Shown: positions 20,441 to 34,019 of the stretch, piece by piece | Layout: each line of letters starts with the position of its first letter | Numbering within the stretch: position 1 is the stretch's first letter | NCBI GenBank assembly: GCA_013239625.1 | Contig: MU054117.1 | Span: 3,038,011-3,102,010 of the forward strand | Source: Lama guanicoe | Lineage: Eukaryota | Direction: 5' to 3' | Length of the DNA: 64,000 nucleotides | Notes under the pieces: model-generated | Database searches by the model: none | The model's input: the letters and a program-made list of their open reading frames with translations, nothing else | What the model was told of the DNA's origin: nothing | Program-made: the position numbers and the translations under genes

Positions 20441-22275
20441 TCTTTAAATGAGCTCGGGTCTCCAGGCTCTGACAGATTCCATCCCTGGGGGAACAGCGCA
20501 CCTGTAGATTTCATCACAGAACTATTGGCGGCAATCTGTCAGGAATCATAGGAGTGATGCCAATGGATTAGCGATGGGCAGCTGTCCGAGTTGTCAAAAG
20601 GGGGAATGTGTAGGTTCTGGAAAGTCTGCGCCGTTGAGTTTTACTTTGATCCCCAGCAAGCCCTAACCGGGGTTATTAAGGAGTTAGATTGCAATTGCTT
20701 CAAAAAGGAAGTGGCGATCTCAAGAAGCCAGCACAGCTCTGCGTAGCACAAGGTGCCTCATGCTAACATCATTTCATATATGGTTTTGTTGGTTTTTCAA
20801 AGGTTACCAAAAATCACCAGATTGTCCCAGAAGCAGTGAATCTTTCAGCAGCAGTTTGGACAAAGATGAATAGATGAAGATTAGATAATCTACAGCTGGG
20901 TGAAGGCAAACCCCTGTATCCAGAAATCATGGAATGACTGAGCCAAGTCGCCCAAAGAAATTGGTACGGTACAAGATGCCGCTGGTCCTTGTGTGGGGAC
21001 CGGTTTTGCCAAGCATCTTCCAATGACACAAAAGATATGCCAAAGGATAAATGTGGGCTGACACAAAATGGAGAAATATAAGAAACACGTCGCCCAACGG
21101 GAAGCAGGATGCGGTGCGCTGAGCAAGGAACCAAAACAAACACGTGGGACTTCACGGGGGAAAATGAAAGATTTTCGTTTTGGTTTAGGAAAACAACTCA
21201 GTTCTCCAAACCACTGACGAGCATCAGTGTGAAAAAAGTCTTGAGGATTTGGTTAACACAGAACTCAATATGACCCCCAAACTCTGAGACGGCTCCAAAA
21301 ACCTAACATTCGCTCAGCCGTGCAGAGGGAGGAGTAAAAGCTGCACCGAAGTGGCGAGGGTGCCGGCCGCCGCGCGCACCGGAGCATCGGGCTGGGGAGG
21401 AGGTGCCGGACGCCGTTTCTCCTCCACATTCAGCTTTGCGGACCTTTGTCATTTTTTTTTTAATTAGAAAAGCAAAGCGTATTTGTTGCAGAAAACCTAG
21501 AAATGTAGAAAGGCGAAAAGAAGAAGATAAAAGCTACCTGACCATCACCGTGTTTGTATTGCTGGTGCGAGTCCGTCAAGTCTTGTTTGTGTGGGATGAA
21601 GGCACGTGGAGCGAAGACCTTACCACGTGGCTTATGTAGAGTTTGTACTTCTTTCTTGCTTTGAAACTGGCATCATACCCTGAATTTCCCCAACTCATTC
21701 TACATTCTTTGGAAACAGTCTTAATAGTCACGCAACCTCTTATCACATGCATATGCCTTCATTTGTTTAAAGTGACTCACGTGTGGACGTTCAAGTTGTT
21801 TCCATTTGGAGGTGACGGCCGGGAGGTGGCACTGGGTTTTTAAAGGGATACTGGCAAAGGAGTGAGCAGCCCGGGAGGTCAGCCTGCTTAGGGAGGGGTC
21901 TTACAGGGGCAGCTAAAAAAGCTGAGCACGTTTATCCCAGGGGAGAGCCAACTGAGAGAGCCCGGATAACAATCCAAACCCTCGAATTGCTGTCAAGGGG
22001 GAAAGGAAGTTTGTTTGTTTCGTGTTGCTCTAGGAGGCTGAACTAACGTAGGTGGAATGAGACCGGAGGGAGTCTGATTTCAGCCCCACGTATAACAATT
22101 CCTTCGTACCCCCACCCCCAAGGGACCGAGATGCTCCGTAGGGGAGTAACGCCTCCATCATGGCAAGTGTTCAAGCCAAGGCAGGACGGCCACCTGGGGC
22201 AGGAATGTGTAGACAGGCTTCCTCCAGTGAGTGGGAGACTAGAACAATAACCTCAAAGGTTTCTCCCAACTGGAG
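20441..22275 (+). mobile_element. Long CR1/L3 LINE fossil (RT domain to 3' end), interrupted at about 21450-21810 by an old antisense L1-like piece
   Basis: Collinear decayed CR1 ORF2 motifs: LNELGSPGSDRFHP (20444), PLSFTLIPSK (20631), SRSQHS and HANIISY (~20720-20780), GPVLPSIF (20997), ADTK (21057), CEKSLEDLVNTELNM (21228). L3-type 3' end 'ccatcatggcaagtgttcaagccaaggcaggacggccacc...aacctcaaaggtttctcccaact'. Confidence 0.8.
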
Positions 22276-23075
22276 GCGTTCCTGCTTCCTTCCTGCCCTC
22301 CTGTGACCTTGCTCACATGGAGAACTCACGGCAGGTAAGGCGCAGAGACGTCGATGCCACTGATTTTACTGCTAGAGTCAAGTGTTGCAGCTCAGAGATG
22401 CAAGGTACCTCCTTGTGCTCTGGACTGGCTCCCAGCTAGACCGCATTTCACAGGCAGTAAAGCGTTATTCACATAGACCTCATCACTTTATTCCTGTGCC
22501 AGCTCTGCCAAGTCGGTATTGTCATTTTCCCACTTTTAAAGGTGCGAGCATTGAAGCCGAAGTGCTGGAGGGACAAAGCCCAGCCCCCCAGCCTGGCTTC
22601 CTGGCACGTCTCACGGTGCCGCCCTTCTGGTGCGAGCCCCTGGGCGCGCGCTTCATGGGCAGCTGTACGCGAGTCTGTGGTCCTTCACGCTGTGTTTAGT
22701 GACTCTCTGCAGCTAGATTTTAAAAACCCTTTAAGGCAAGATTATATGTTATTTTTCTTTTGCATCCCATCCTCCTCCTGCACAACGATTCCTCTAAAAC
22801 GCAGATCTGGTCATGCCAGCCCTGCTTTAGAATATCTGAGCTCCCCGGAGCCTCCCACAGGCGCTCCTCACCCAGTTGGGGAGGGGCTGGGAGAAGAGAG
22901 TGGTGCACATTTCAGAGCCTTAGGAGGAAGTAAAGGATGTGTAGAAGCATCCGAAGCAATGCAACATTATCTGAAAACAAAATTAAAGCAATGAACTTAC
23001 ATATTTCCTGCTTGGTAGAGCTATGTAGGCAATACCAGAATTCTCAATCTTTTTAGGAGGATATATTTAAAAACA

Positions 23076-23297
23076 TTTTTTATTGAAGTATAGTTGATTT
23101 ACACTGTTCTGTTAGTTTCAGGTGCACAGCAAAGTTATTCAGTTACACACATATATTCTTTCTCAGATTCTTTTTCATTATAGGTTATTACAAGACATCG
23201 CATGTAGTTCCCCGTGCTGTACAGTAGGTCCTTGTTGTGTATCTGTTTTATATACAGCAGTGTGTATCTGTTAATCCCAAACTCTTAATTTATCCTT
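23076..23297 (-). mobile_element. L1 3' end
   Basis: 'tttttattgaagtatagttgatttacactgttctgttagtttcaggtgcacagcaaag' is an antisense L1 3' terminus. Confidence 0.88.
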
Positions 23298-23972
23298 AAA
23301 TATTGTTTTGAGGGTGCAAAGAAGTGCATGAGATTTTGCCCTGCAAGCCATAGGTTTTGTGGGCATTGCTTGAGCAACACTGACGTAGGAGGTGAAGGCA
23401 CGCCAGCTCAGTCACAGGTCACATTTCCAGCTACGTCTGGGCCTGCGTCAGCGTTCCCTCTCTGCGCTTGGTCTATGGTTTCTGTGTCAGAGCAATTCCA
23501 TCTTAGTTATCACGGCTTTGTAAGATGTTTTGATCTCTGGTAGGACAAGCACTTCTAACTTTCCCCCCCCAAAGTTGTCTGAGCTATTCTTGGCCCTTCA
23601 TTCTTCCATATTATTTTTAGTATGAGCTTTCCAAGTTCCTCGGAAAAAAAAACTTATTTCCGTTATGATTGTAATTGCACTGAATTCGTAGATTTAAACT
23701 GGGGGAGAGCTGCCAACCTGAGGCGGCTGGTGCCTCCGTCCATTTACTCAGGTGTGGCAGGGCAGGCAGGTGGCCTGTTCACCAGCAACCTGCCCCGCCC
23801 ACCGCCGGTCCTATTGGCAGAGCACGCCTCCCTCATAAAGGCTGAACATGGGAGACACTGTCCCAGCCTCCCTTGCCGGGGGGCATGATGGCACAGCTTA
23901 ACCCCGGGGAGCCGGACATCAGGTGACGTCCTATGAGAAATGGGTGGCAAAAATGGATGTGTCAGGACATCG

Positions 23973-24511
23973 TTTTTCAATCAAAGTGTAGTTAGTTTAC
24001 AGCGTTGTGTCAATTTCTGGTCTGCAGCATGTTTCAGTTATACATGTACACACATATATTCGTTTTCGTATTCTTTTCCATTATAGGCTATTACAAGGTA
24101 TGGAATGTAGTTCCCTGTGCTGCACAGTAGGACCTTGTTGTTTATCTATTTTATATACAGTAGTTAGTATCCGCACATCTCAATCTCCCAATTTATCCCT
24201 TCCCACCCTCTTCCCCCTCCACAGGTAACCATAAATGTGTGCGTCTGTGAGTCTGTTTCTGTTTTGTAAATAAGTTCATTTATGTCTTTTTTTTGGATTC
24301 CACATATAAGTGATATCATATGGTATTTTTCTTTTGCTTTCTGACTTACTTCACCTAGAATGGCAATCTCCAGGTCCATCCATGTTGCTGCAAATGGCAT
24401 TATTTTCTTTATTATGGCTGAGTAGTATTCCACTGTGTGTGTGTGTCTCTGTGTGTGTGTGTGTACATATGTGTGTTTATATGTGTGGGTATATATATAT
24501 ATGTGTATGTG

Positions 24512-24562
<51 letters not shown>

Positions 24563-24741
24563 ACCCCACATCTTCTTTCTCCAGTCATCTGTCAGTGGAC
24601 ACTTAGGTTGCTTCCATGTCTTGGCCACTGTAAATAGTGCTGCTGTGAACATTGGGGTGCAGGTGTCTTTTTGAATTAGAACTTCCTCCAGATATATGCC
24701 CAGGTGTGGGATTGCTGGGTCAGAGGGTAAGTCTGTTTTTA
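23973..24741 (-). mobile_element. L1 3' fragment containing a compound (TG)/(TA) microsatellite
   Basis: Minus-strand translation gives MFTAALFTVAKTWKQPKCP and IMPFAATWMDLE, split by the microsatellite. Confidence 0.9.
24434..24562. repeat. Compound (TG)n/(TA)n microsatellite
   Basis: Read directly. Includes a long uninterrupted TA run from about 24517 to 24553. Confidence 0.95.
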
Positions 24742-25576
24742 AGACGTACTTCTTTTATTTCCTTCAGAACAAGGCTGTATGAAGGGGACTTGACATACAG
24801 ACCAACAAACACATACAAAGCAAATGCTACCACCGGCAGTCGCAAAAGGACACATCTGAGGGGAGCACCCCCGCTGGAGAGGACGCAGCAGAAAGATGAG
24901 AAGAGCTTGACTGTTTGCTGACACCTCTGCATCACAAGATTAAAAACAGCGCACTTGTCTCTCCTGGAATTCTTGTTCCACAAAATAATAAATATTCTTA
25001 TATTTAAGACATTTCTGGTTGGCATCTGCTACCTGCATGTGAAAGCATCCTAATTAATAGGATGCTAATTTTTTCACTTTCTTCAATAATAATATTCCAT
25101 CATTTTCTCCACAAGCATTGTCTACACTTTTGTGAATATGACGTCTTTTAAATTACATTTCTAATAGTCTATTATTGGTGATTAAGTAGGTTACTGATTT
25201 GTCTGTTGGTCTTACGTCCAGCTTAGTGATCACTGTTATTAATTCCAAAAGTTTATTGATAAAATGTCTTGCAGACTGTCATGTCACCTGCACATAAAGA
25301 CCATTACCTTTATGCTTTTAAATTCTTGTGTCTGTTATTTATTTCCTCTGTCTGACTGTATTAGCTAAGACTTCCAGTACAGGCCTGAAAAGAGGCAGCG
25401 AGAGGGCGCAGTCCTGTTTCCTTCCGACTGACAAGAACGTGCATTACGTTTCACCTCTCAGGGTCCCTACGTGGCACGACTGCAGGCGCCCCGCTCACCT
25501 TACTGTGCCACCGCATGCGGTTCTGTAGTATTTTAATGAATATTCTTTACTAGGTTAATATGTTCCTTTTTCACAT

Positions 25577-25752
25577 CAGTTAGGTTTAGGTTTGGCTGAG
25601 AGTAACACTAAAAGACTAAGCAGCAGTGGAGTAAACAAGATGGACATTTATTTCTCATGCTCAAGAAATCCAGCCTGTTTGGGACATAAACGGTGCATCA
25701 CGTCTCAGAGACCTAGGCTCCTAGTGCCGTGCTGCTCTGCCACCTGAATGTA
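25577..25752. mobile_element. MaLR LTR fragment (MLT1-like)
   Basis: 'cagttaggtttaggtttggctg...cagtggagtaaacaagatggacatttatttctc...gagacctaggctcc...gctctgccacct' resembles old MLT1 LTR ends. Confidence 0.5.
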
Positions 25753-26977
25753 AAGGGGGAAAAACGTATGCTTCTCTCAAGGGATAAAGAAAAAGCATTC
25801 AATAGAATTCATCATTGGCTTCTGATTAAAAAAAAAAACTTAATAAACTGAGACCAGAAGGGGTGACTGAGATCGCTAACTTTGCTCCAGTATTTATACT
25901 TCCCTTCCTCACTGTAAAAGAAACCTCAATCCTCTCTTCTGAATTTTCAAACTTATTTGCATAAGTGTATCATTTTCCCTTATGATGTGTTTAATCTCCA
26001 TTCTAAGGCGCTGTGATTGTGGTCCTCGATTTGTTCTTAATATTGTTTATTCGTGCCTTTTTTATACTCGCTAGACATTTTTCTTTTACTCAAAAAGTCA
26101 AATTTTAATTTTGTTGATCTTTTCTATTGTTTTCAGATTTACTGTTTTCTACTTTACCTTTATGTTTTCCTTCCTTCTGCTCTTTTTGGCTTTTTCTGTT
26201 TCTGTCCCCTTGCTTCTTGAATTGACTGTAAACTCATTTACCTTTTTTACTTTTCCTTCTTTTTATAAATTAAATTTAGGTCTTAATTGTACCTGATAAG
26301 TCTATTCTAACTGCATCACATGTGTTTACTGATCCTTTCATGTTTGCTCACTTTAAACTATTTTGGACTTTTCATTATGATTTTGCCTTGAATCCAAAAG
26401 TTATTTAGGAGAGCTTTTATAAGCTTCCAAACATGTTTTTTCCCCACTTGTTAAAAAAAAAACCCTCCTCCCCTGGCTTGCAGATACTGAATTTAATTAT
26501 GCAGTGATCAGAAAAGGATAGAAATTCCTTGAACGTTGTTAAAATCTTTGTCACATGGTCAAGTTTGCAAGTGTTCCATGTTAACATGAAAACAAACTAT
26601 AATCTTTATTGTGTGCTGGGTTCTACACAACACTATTAAATAAATTTATAGACATTTTCATCAAATATTGTGTAGTCTTACAATGTTTTTTTGTGATTCC
26701 TAATTTTCTATTGGAAGACTTAAAAATCTACTGTTTGTATAAAATGGTCAGTTCCCCCCTTTTGTATCATTTGAAACCATGTCGTTTGGGGTGTGTGAAG
26801 CCATGACTGCTATGTCATCTTGGGGGACGATTCATTTTATTATTATGAACGTCTCTCTTTTTCCTTATTTTTTTGCCACAAATTTTGTTTTGCCTAATAC
26901 TAAGACATGCTCAATATTCTTTTGGAATTTTAATGATCTCTCTTTTTATCCCCTCCCTTTATTTTCAAACTTTTGGA

Positions 26978-27112
26978 TTTTTTTTTTTGTAACTATTGTG
27001 GAGGGGGAGGTATTAGGTTTATTTACTTATTTTTAGAGGAGGTACTGGGGATTGAACCCAGGGCCCTGTGCGTGCTAGGCATGCGCTCTACCTCTGAGCT
27101 ACACCCTCTCCC
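26978..27112 (-). mobile_element. tRNA-derived camelid SINE (vic-1-like)
   Basis: Antisense 'gggggaggtattaggttt...ggaggtactggggattgaacccaggg...catgcgctctacctctgagctacaccctctcc'. Confidence 0.85.
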
Positions 27113-30100
27113 TGGAGTGATGCAGTTTTGGATGTCTCTTTCGTGTCACTTCTATATGGTTGGACCTCTGTCTCTTTCTCTCGTTCATTCATTTTGATAA
27201 TCTCTGCTTTCAGCTGTTGGCTTTAATCCATCCACAAGTACAGGATTATGAATTACTATGACCATCTTTTGTTTGTTGGTAATGAATCCAATTCCTTCTT
27301 CATCTCTTTGATCCTCCTAAACTTACTATTCAGGTCTTTGTCAAACTGCATCGTAAAATTACCTTCAGTTGGAGTGAGTTGTTGACTTTGTTCAGTGTTT
27401 TTCTTAGCACTCATTTCCCATGTATTTTCTGGGGAGTTTCGGGCTCATTTTGTACCGGAGGCTTTTTGCTTTGTTTGTTCTGCTCCCTTGCGCCGGCTGA
27501 AAAGCTTTCTGGATGCTTCTACCCAGCACCCTGAGCCGTCAGTCTGTAGCCAGGTTTATGACGGTTTCCTGGGGTCTCCTGCCCCACGGTGATCATGAGA
27601 ACACTGCAGAGCCAGTCACAGAAGCTCCATCAGTTCCTCATTAGGAGGCTGGGTCTTGTATCTCCCACCTGCCTCGTCCCACAGCTCCTAAGAGTGTCAG
27701 ACCCCGTCTTCAGACAGATGGTCTGCGCCCACCATGTCTTGCACAGATACTCAGCCTCCGTTACCCTCAAGGATCCAGGCTCCTCTCTGCTGCTGCCTGA
27801 AAGCCAAGACTTCAGCTCTCCTCTCTGCTTTGCCATGATCCATGAAGACAGTATCTTTCCCCTTTTTGAATTTGACTATATCCTGTTAGGTTTGTTTTTC
27901 TCTTTTTACATTTCTTCCACTGCTTTGTGCTTAGAGCACAGGGAATGTGTAGACATAAATTTGAGGGGAAGCCCGCCTGACTGGAGGTCCACTTCATGTA
28001 ACTTTTTTTTCTAAAAATTAAAATATGAACTCCTCAGGCTGGGGTTTAAGGTCTTTTGTCACTCAGATGCTGTCCACTCCACTCCAGGGATCCTGCCCTC
28101 CGCTCCCATGAAGTTACCTGCTGGTCCCTGAGTGTGGCACGTGCTCTCACTCTCCCGTGTGCTTACACGTGCTGGTCTTTGTGTCAGGACGGCCCTCAGC
28201 CGCCCCTGTTGTCTCCAAGACCTTGACCAAAAACCGTTTCAAGTGGGAAGTTGGCTCCAGATCCTTCAGGCTGAGTTCTGTGTTTCTTTGCTGTACAATG
28301 CACTCAATACACGTGTGAATGAATGAATCAATGAATGACTCACATAGTGTAAAAGACTGAGCAAACACGTGTGGTTTACTGCCATGATGTTACCGCTGCG
28401 GTCAACTGTTTCTCTCAGGGTCTTCTCTGAGCAACTGTAATTTCTTCCTGTTAATCCAGAGCATTTAGAAACACAGGGGAAACAGTGGAGACAGTTTCTC
28501 CATGAAGACTGTCTCACATCATGGCCATTAAAGCCGGTTAAGATAGCCCACCACACCTTTTGTAAAAGTGTGGCTTTTACAACTCTTAAGGCAAAAAGAT
28601 TGGGGCCAGCTGTCTCATTTCCTTCCTCAATATCATCGTATCCTTTTAAAGAGGAGAAAAGATGGTGGCATGAACTCTATTTTTTATTTTTAGAAAACTT
28701 AAAAATAGGATGGAAAAGGCTAAATTACTTTAAGCTCTAGCAGGTTTCAATGTTTTATGCTATAAAAACCTGATCGTATCTTTCTATCCATTATTATTCT
28801 GTCTTGGGAGAAAGGTTCTATTTTTTTTTTTGGTCCCTTTTTGACAGGGGAAAGATAATTTATCAAGGAAAGTGGGATTAAATGGCATGTTTTTGGAGCA
28901 AAAATATTTACCTAATTGTCCAGCTCTTCGGGACTCCTCCAGGACACTGTTTCTTCCTCAGGAGCAGAATGAAGGCTCTGTGATGTGGAAGAAACAAGAA
29001 GGGTTTCAGTCGTGGGAGTGACCTGTGCCCTCTTTCCCTCCAGCTCGGCCGCACGGCTCCGGCAAAAACAGAAACTCAACCGAGTAGCATTTTTGTTCTA
29101 AAAACATCTAAAATTCATCCCAAATCTGTATCACTTCTGGGGAGAGAAATGAAATCCACTCTAACAAGTAATTAAACAAACAAATAAAAAAAATGCCTAA
29201 AGCCACAGTCTCCTCCCGTGCTTGCCTGTACCCGTCCCCTGCTGGTACCCCCGACCCCTCGGATCCAGCCAGTGTGGTCTCCGCTCCCATGAGCCCAGCC
29301 TCGCCTGGTCCAGTTTATCGTCCTGGAAGGGCTCTTCTGTGTTGGGCAGAAGCTACACATGGAGAGCAGGAGGGAAGGACTTGGGAAGCGAAGACGAAGT
29401 TACCCTTTATCTTCAGAACTTTGCATCCTGCCAGGAGTCGTCACAGACTTCCGAAAACCTGAAATTTATGTGAGATTTCTTCTTCTCAGTGATTCAGCGG
29501 GAAAAAAAAAAGAAACCCTAAATTTGTCTCCAAATTGCTATTTCCTCCGCACTCCTAATCTGAGCTCAAAGCTTTATTCATTTAACTTCATCTAACAGAG
29601 AACCGTTAACTACGTACTCTGCTCGCTTCTTATAGATTAAGGCTTGGAAGCCACGGGAGGCCCTGGGGAAGGATCTGGAGTTTCGACAGTTCAGAATTCT
29701 GAATCAAGGTCAACGTCGACAGAAAGGATCCAAAGTCAACAAACTGTCTTTCTCTCGTGTGACCAGCCAGCTCACCGCACTGCAGGGACAGCACATCCCG
29801 GAGAAGGAGATGAGGAAGGGGACGTGGGGATATTTTTAATTGAAGGAAAAATATCCGGAAGTATCTTTGGCCTTATTGTCTTGATCTTTTGTGCTAAGCA
29901 GCTATGCATTTTTGAAGAGGAGAACAAAATTCATAATATACGAGAGTCAAACCGTTATGTCGTGCACCTTACACTCATACAGGGAGGCATGCCACTTATG
30001 TCTCAGTAAACCTTTGGGGGAGAAAAAAAGAGAGGAGAGCCGGCAGGAGCCATGATGAAAAGGAAGCTCTGTTAAAGAGGATGCGTCAGTCACAGGTCTT

Positions 30101-30184
30101 AGCCACATAACTGTGGCTCATTTCATTTTATTTTTTCAAATGACATTGCTGGGCACCTGCGAGGTGCCAAGTGCTGAGTCCAGT

Positions 30185-30285
30185 TCCAGAACAACCCCGA
30201 CCACTAGAAATACAATGTGAGCCACGCGTGTAATCTGGAAGTCCCAGGAGCCGCACTAAAACAACTGAAAAGAAATAAGTTTTGC
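30185..30285. mobile_element. hAT-Charlie MITE fragment (MER33/MER3-like)
   Basis: 'tagaaatacaatgtgagccacgcgtgtaat...agccgcactaaaacaactgaaaagaaataag' resembles the recalled MER33 end. Confidence 0.5.
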
Positions 30286-30634
30286 AAATTTTTGAATATT
30301 TGAAAAAATATAAAGATTCAAAAATAGCATTTGAAATTTGGGAAAAATGTTTCAGAAAAAGAAATAGATGAATGTGGTCTGGCCCCGCTGTCACCCTCCC
30401 CCACACTGCTCCCACCCTGCCCCCCGAACGTCGGCCTCCTTGGCCTTGCAGGTCCTCCCACAGCCGGCCTTCCCCCCGGGGACCCCTGCAGCTCAGGTAT
30501 CTGCCTGGTGTGCCCTCCCTGTCTCTGCTCCTACCTGTGTCATTTGGTAAAGAGAATGAAGGGATGGCTGGTAGGAGCTGGATGTGTACTCAGTATCTGG
30601 GGCCACTCGCACTTTATAAAGTGGGGAACAATGC

Positions 30635-31367
30635 TTTCTTTTCGTTGTTTATCTTTATTGAAGTAGAGTCAGCTTTCAGTGTTGTGTTGTGTCAATTTCT
30701 GGTGTCCAGCATCATGTTTCAGTCACACATATACATACCTATATTCTTTTTTATTCTAGGTTCCTACAAGATATTGAATATAGTTCCCTATGCCATACAG
30801 TAGAAACTTTCTGTTAATCTATTTTGTATATAGTAGTTAGTATCTGCAAATCTCGGACTCCCAATTTATCCCTCCCACCCTCTTTCCCTAGTAACCACAA
30901 TTTTGTTTCCTGTGTCCATGAATCTGTTCCAGTTTTGTAAAAAAGTTCATTTGCGTCTTTTTCCAGATTCCACATATAAGTGATGTCATACGGTATTTGT
31001 CTTTCTACGTCCAACTTAGTTTACTTAGTATGATAATCTCCAGGTCCATCCATGTTGCAGCAAATGCCACTATTTTATTCTGTTTCATAGCTGAGTAGTA
31101 TTCCACCGTGCATATATGTACCACAACTTCTTTGCCCAGTCATCTGTTGATGGACACTTAGGTTGCTTCCATGTCTTGGCTACTGTATATAGTGCTGCTG
31201 TGAACACTGGGGTGTGTGTGTCTTTCTGAAGTAGAGTTCCCACTGGATATACGCCCAGGAGTGGGATTGCTGGATATGGTGAGTCTATTTTTAACCTTTA
31301 AAGGAACCCCCATACTGTTTTCCATAGTGCCTGCACCAAACTACATTCCCGCCAACAGTGCAGGAGC
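30635..31367 (-). mobile_element. 5'-truncated L1 with 12-bp TSD
   Basis: Antisense L1 3'UTR and ORF2 end. TSD GGGGAACAATGC at 30623-30634 and 31368-31379. Confidence 0.9.
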
Positions 31368-32669
31368 GGGGAACAATGCCTCCATCCAAGCATGGCGGGT
31401 CCAGTGGTGGACTTTGGGGCTCCATGACAACAGAACTTTCATCTCTGACCATGCAGACTGTCCTTGATGTGGAACTTGTACCTGACGGGGGTGAGTGACC
31501 CTGCAAACCCACCTGTGCTCTGCTCAGCCAGCCACGCCCCCGGCACAGAGCAGCGTCCTTCTCAAGGAAAGGATGGCTTTTCTCATTTCCACAAAGCCAC
31601 TGAATCAGCCAGTGGCAGCCTTGTGCTGAAGGGGGACTTGGGGGCTGGGGAGAGGTCCAAGTGGCCCCCTTCATTGTCTTTGTCTAAGTTCTGTGGAGTC
31701 TAGGCTACACGTATTTGTGTCTTTGTGATCAGTCTTAGGTTTCGACCGAGAGATTCTCACAGGGAGAAACAGGAAAAGGACAGAAATATCGGTCGTGTCG
31801 GTGCATCTTCGGGGCCCAGCGGGGCCTATCTCTCCTCAAGACTCTGGCTCCCTGGCATTCAGATGATTCTTCCGTGACAGCAGAAGGTGGGCGCTTCTGC
31901 CTCAGACCCTCTCAGAAGTGAGTTTTACTAAGAAGTAGGTGAGCACTGAGTGGCATCTGGAGACCTTCTGGAGAAAGGTCTGAGGGACACGGCCCTTGGA
32001 CATCACCGTCCTGGTGGCATAAAACCTCCCCGACAATGTCACACCCACTCTGTAAGCTCACACTGTTCATTTAAAAAAATCCTACCCATTGAAGTAATGT
32101 TAGAAAATTTCCAAAATGTCCCCTTCCCCTTCCCTTCTCCCATCTTCCTCCTTCCCATATGCCAATGATCAGCCATTAAAATACATATATGTATTCTTAG
32201 TGCAAACTGTGTGCCAGCAGCAACAAAGGACGACACAGTTGCTCTCCAGTCTCATACAGTTTAACATGAGTTCCTCCAAACAGAAGATTTTAGGTCTGAG
32301 ATGGTCTCTGGGAATTTGAAGTTCAGATTTCCAGAACCTCTGGATCCCCCTTCATGTTCTGCAATGTGTTGCCAAATGCTCAAGGGACTTAGTTGTGAGT
32401 CGCTGATTACGCATCAGGGAGAACAAGGTGCCCGTCCCTCCCCCGAAGAGACGGGGTTATGTCTTCCCAGCGCTTGCCCTCTCCCCACCTGGTAAGTGCG
32501 TTCAGATCTCCCAGACACCAAGTCACCAACAAGACCCCAGCCCCACACTCCCCTCATCCAACTTCCTCTCCAAGCCTCAGCTGTTAAGCACACCATTTAG
32601 ATTTAGATTTTCTTACCTCCCTCTCCATCATCAAAGCCGTTATGCCATCTGCAGCCTCGTCTGTCTTGG

Positions 32670-33010
32670 TTCATTGTCAGATATCCGTTGAGCATCTGTA
32701 TCAATTCTGCAGTAAGGTTGGATAAACAAAAAGAGTGATAAGACATAATCCCTACCACTTTTGAACTCTCCGGCCAGTGGGGAAGGAAGGAAGTGTGTAA
32801 ACCACTTCAGTCGGGGTGATAAGAGTCATAATAATCCGGACAGAGAGACAGGAAACACAGCCACTGGCTGGAGCTGATGGCACTGGAGAGGCTTCATGGA
32901 GGAGAGAATTTTTGAGCTGAACCTTACAGAACAGATGGGAACTGACCAGGCACGGAAGCAAAGGAAGACAGCTCAAGGCAGAGGGAGCATCACGTGTAAA
33001 GTGTCAAGGA
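32670..33010 (-). mobile_element. L2 fragment
   Basis: 'ttcattgtcagatatccgttgagcatct...agaggcttcatggaggagagaatttttgagctgaacctt...ggcagagggagcatcacgtgtaaag'. Confidence 0.65.
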
Positions 33011-33381
33011 AGCGGCCCCGGACAACCCAGAGACACTCCGTCCCTCCGGGGCAGTCTTTCCCGCCGGAACACCTGGGGATTAAAGAGACAAGCCATCTGC
33101 TCCCCTCCTCCACACTCACACCCACACCCACACGGGACAGGCACAGAACAGCTGCTGCAGACACCCCCATTCAAGGTGGGGGGAGCAAGAGGCAGCCAGG
33201 TGTCCCTGGCCTACAGCGTCTCTGAACTCCGGCAGGAACACGTGCTGGGTTCCCTGATTTGAGATCAAGCCCTGGGCATTACTCACCGGGGTTCTCGGTT
33301 CTGCCCCAACGGCTACTCTTACTTTTCCTTAAAAGGTAGCTGATATTTGCAACTGAGAAATTTTCTCAGATGGCGTCTTTT

Positions 33382-33616
33382 TCTTTCAGATGTTACATAT
33401 AAGTGATATGATACAGTATTTGTCTTTCTCTGTCTGGCTTAATTCACTTAGTATGATAATCTCCAGGTCCATCCATGTTGCTGCAAATGACATTATTTTA
33501 GTCTTTTTATGGCTGAGTAGTATTCCATTGTATAAATATACCACAACTTCTTTATCCAGTCATTTGTCAATTGTTGAACATTTAGGTTGTTTCTATGTCT
33601 TGGCTATTGTAAATAC
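33382..33616 (-). mobile_element. L1 fragment (ORF2 C-terminus)
   Basis: 'catataagtgatatgatacagtatttgtctttctctgtctggcttaattcacttagtatgataatctccaggtccatccatg'. Confidence 0.88.
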
Positions 33617-34019
33617 AGAAGCCATTCTTAATTTAACACTGCCTTCCATCTGGAGAGGCAGGGGAGTTTTCAAACTGCGCATACTGCCTCCTTTATATTT
33701 AACTTTTTTTCTTGAACTTACCTCTTTGCCCTCAAATTTTAATAGAAGGGTGACCTTTAACCCTTTCCAGGGTACTAAATATTTCGTCTGGAGAAAAATA
33801 TCAAAATCCCATGGGAAACATTTTTAGTTCTCTGTTGGGAAGCAAAACCCAGACAGGGATATCCATGGCTAGCATTTTAAGAGAGAGAAAGAAAAAAATG
33901 TGGGATTAAATTTACGTTAGGCTAATGTGGGTTATTATTGTTTTACTTTTATTTCCAAACATCAGCTTCACAGGGGCAGGCAAGTACAGCCAAGTGGGAA
34001 GGGCTGTGACTGAGGACTC

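Larger units (their letters stand above)
23300..27400 (-). mobile_element. Fragmented old L1 (L1M/L1ME-type) hosting nested younger L1, SINE and LTR pieces
   Basis: Antisense ORF2 phrases: 'gctattcttggcccttcattcttccata', 'ttagctaagacttccagtacagg', 'ttttgttgatcttttctattgtttt', 'gttatttaggagag'. Confidence 0.55.

Noticed and set aside
24164..24652. 162-aa ORF
   Set aside because: L1 ORF2 C-terminal remnant read through a TA/CA microsatellite.
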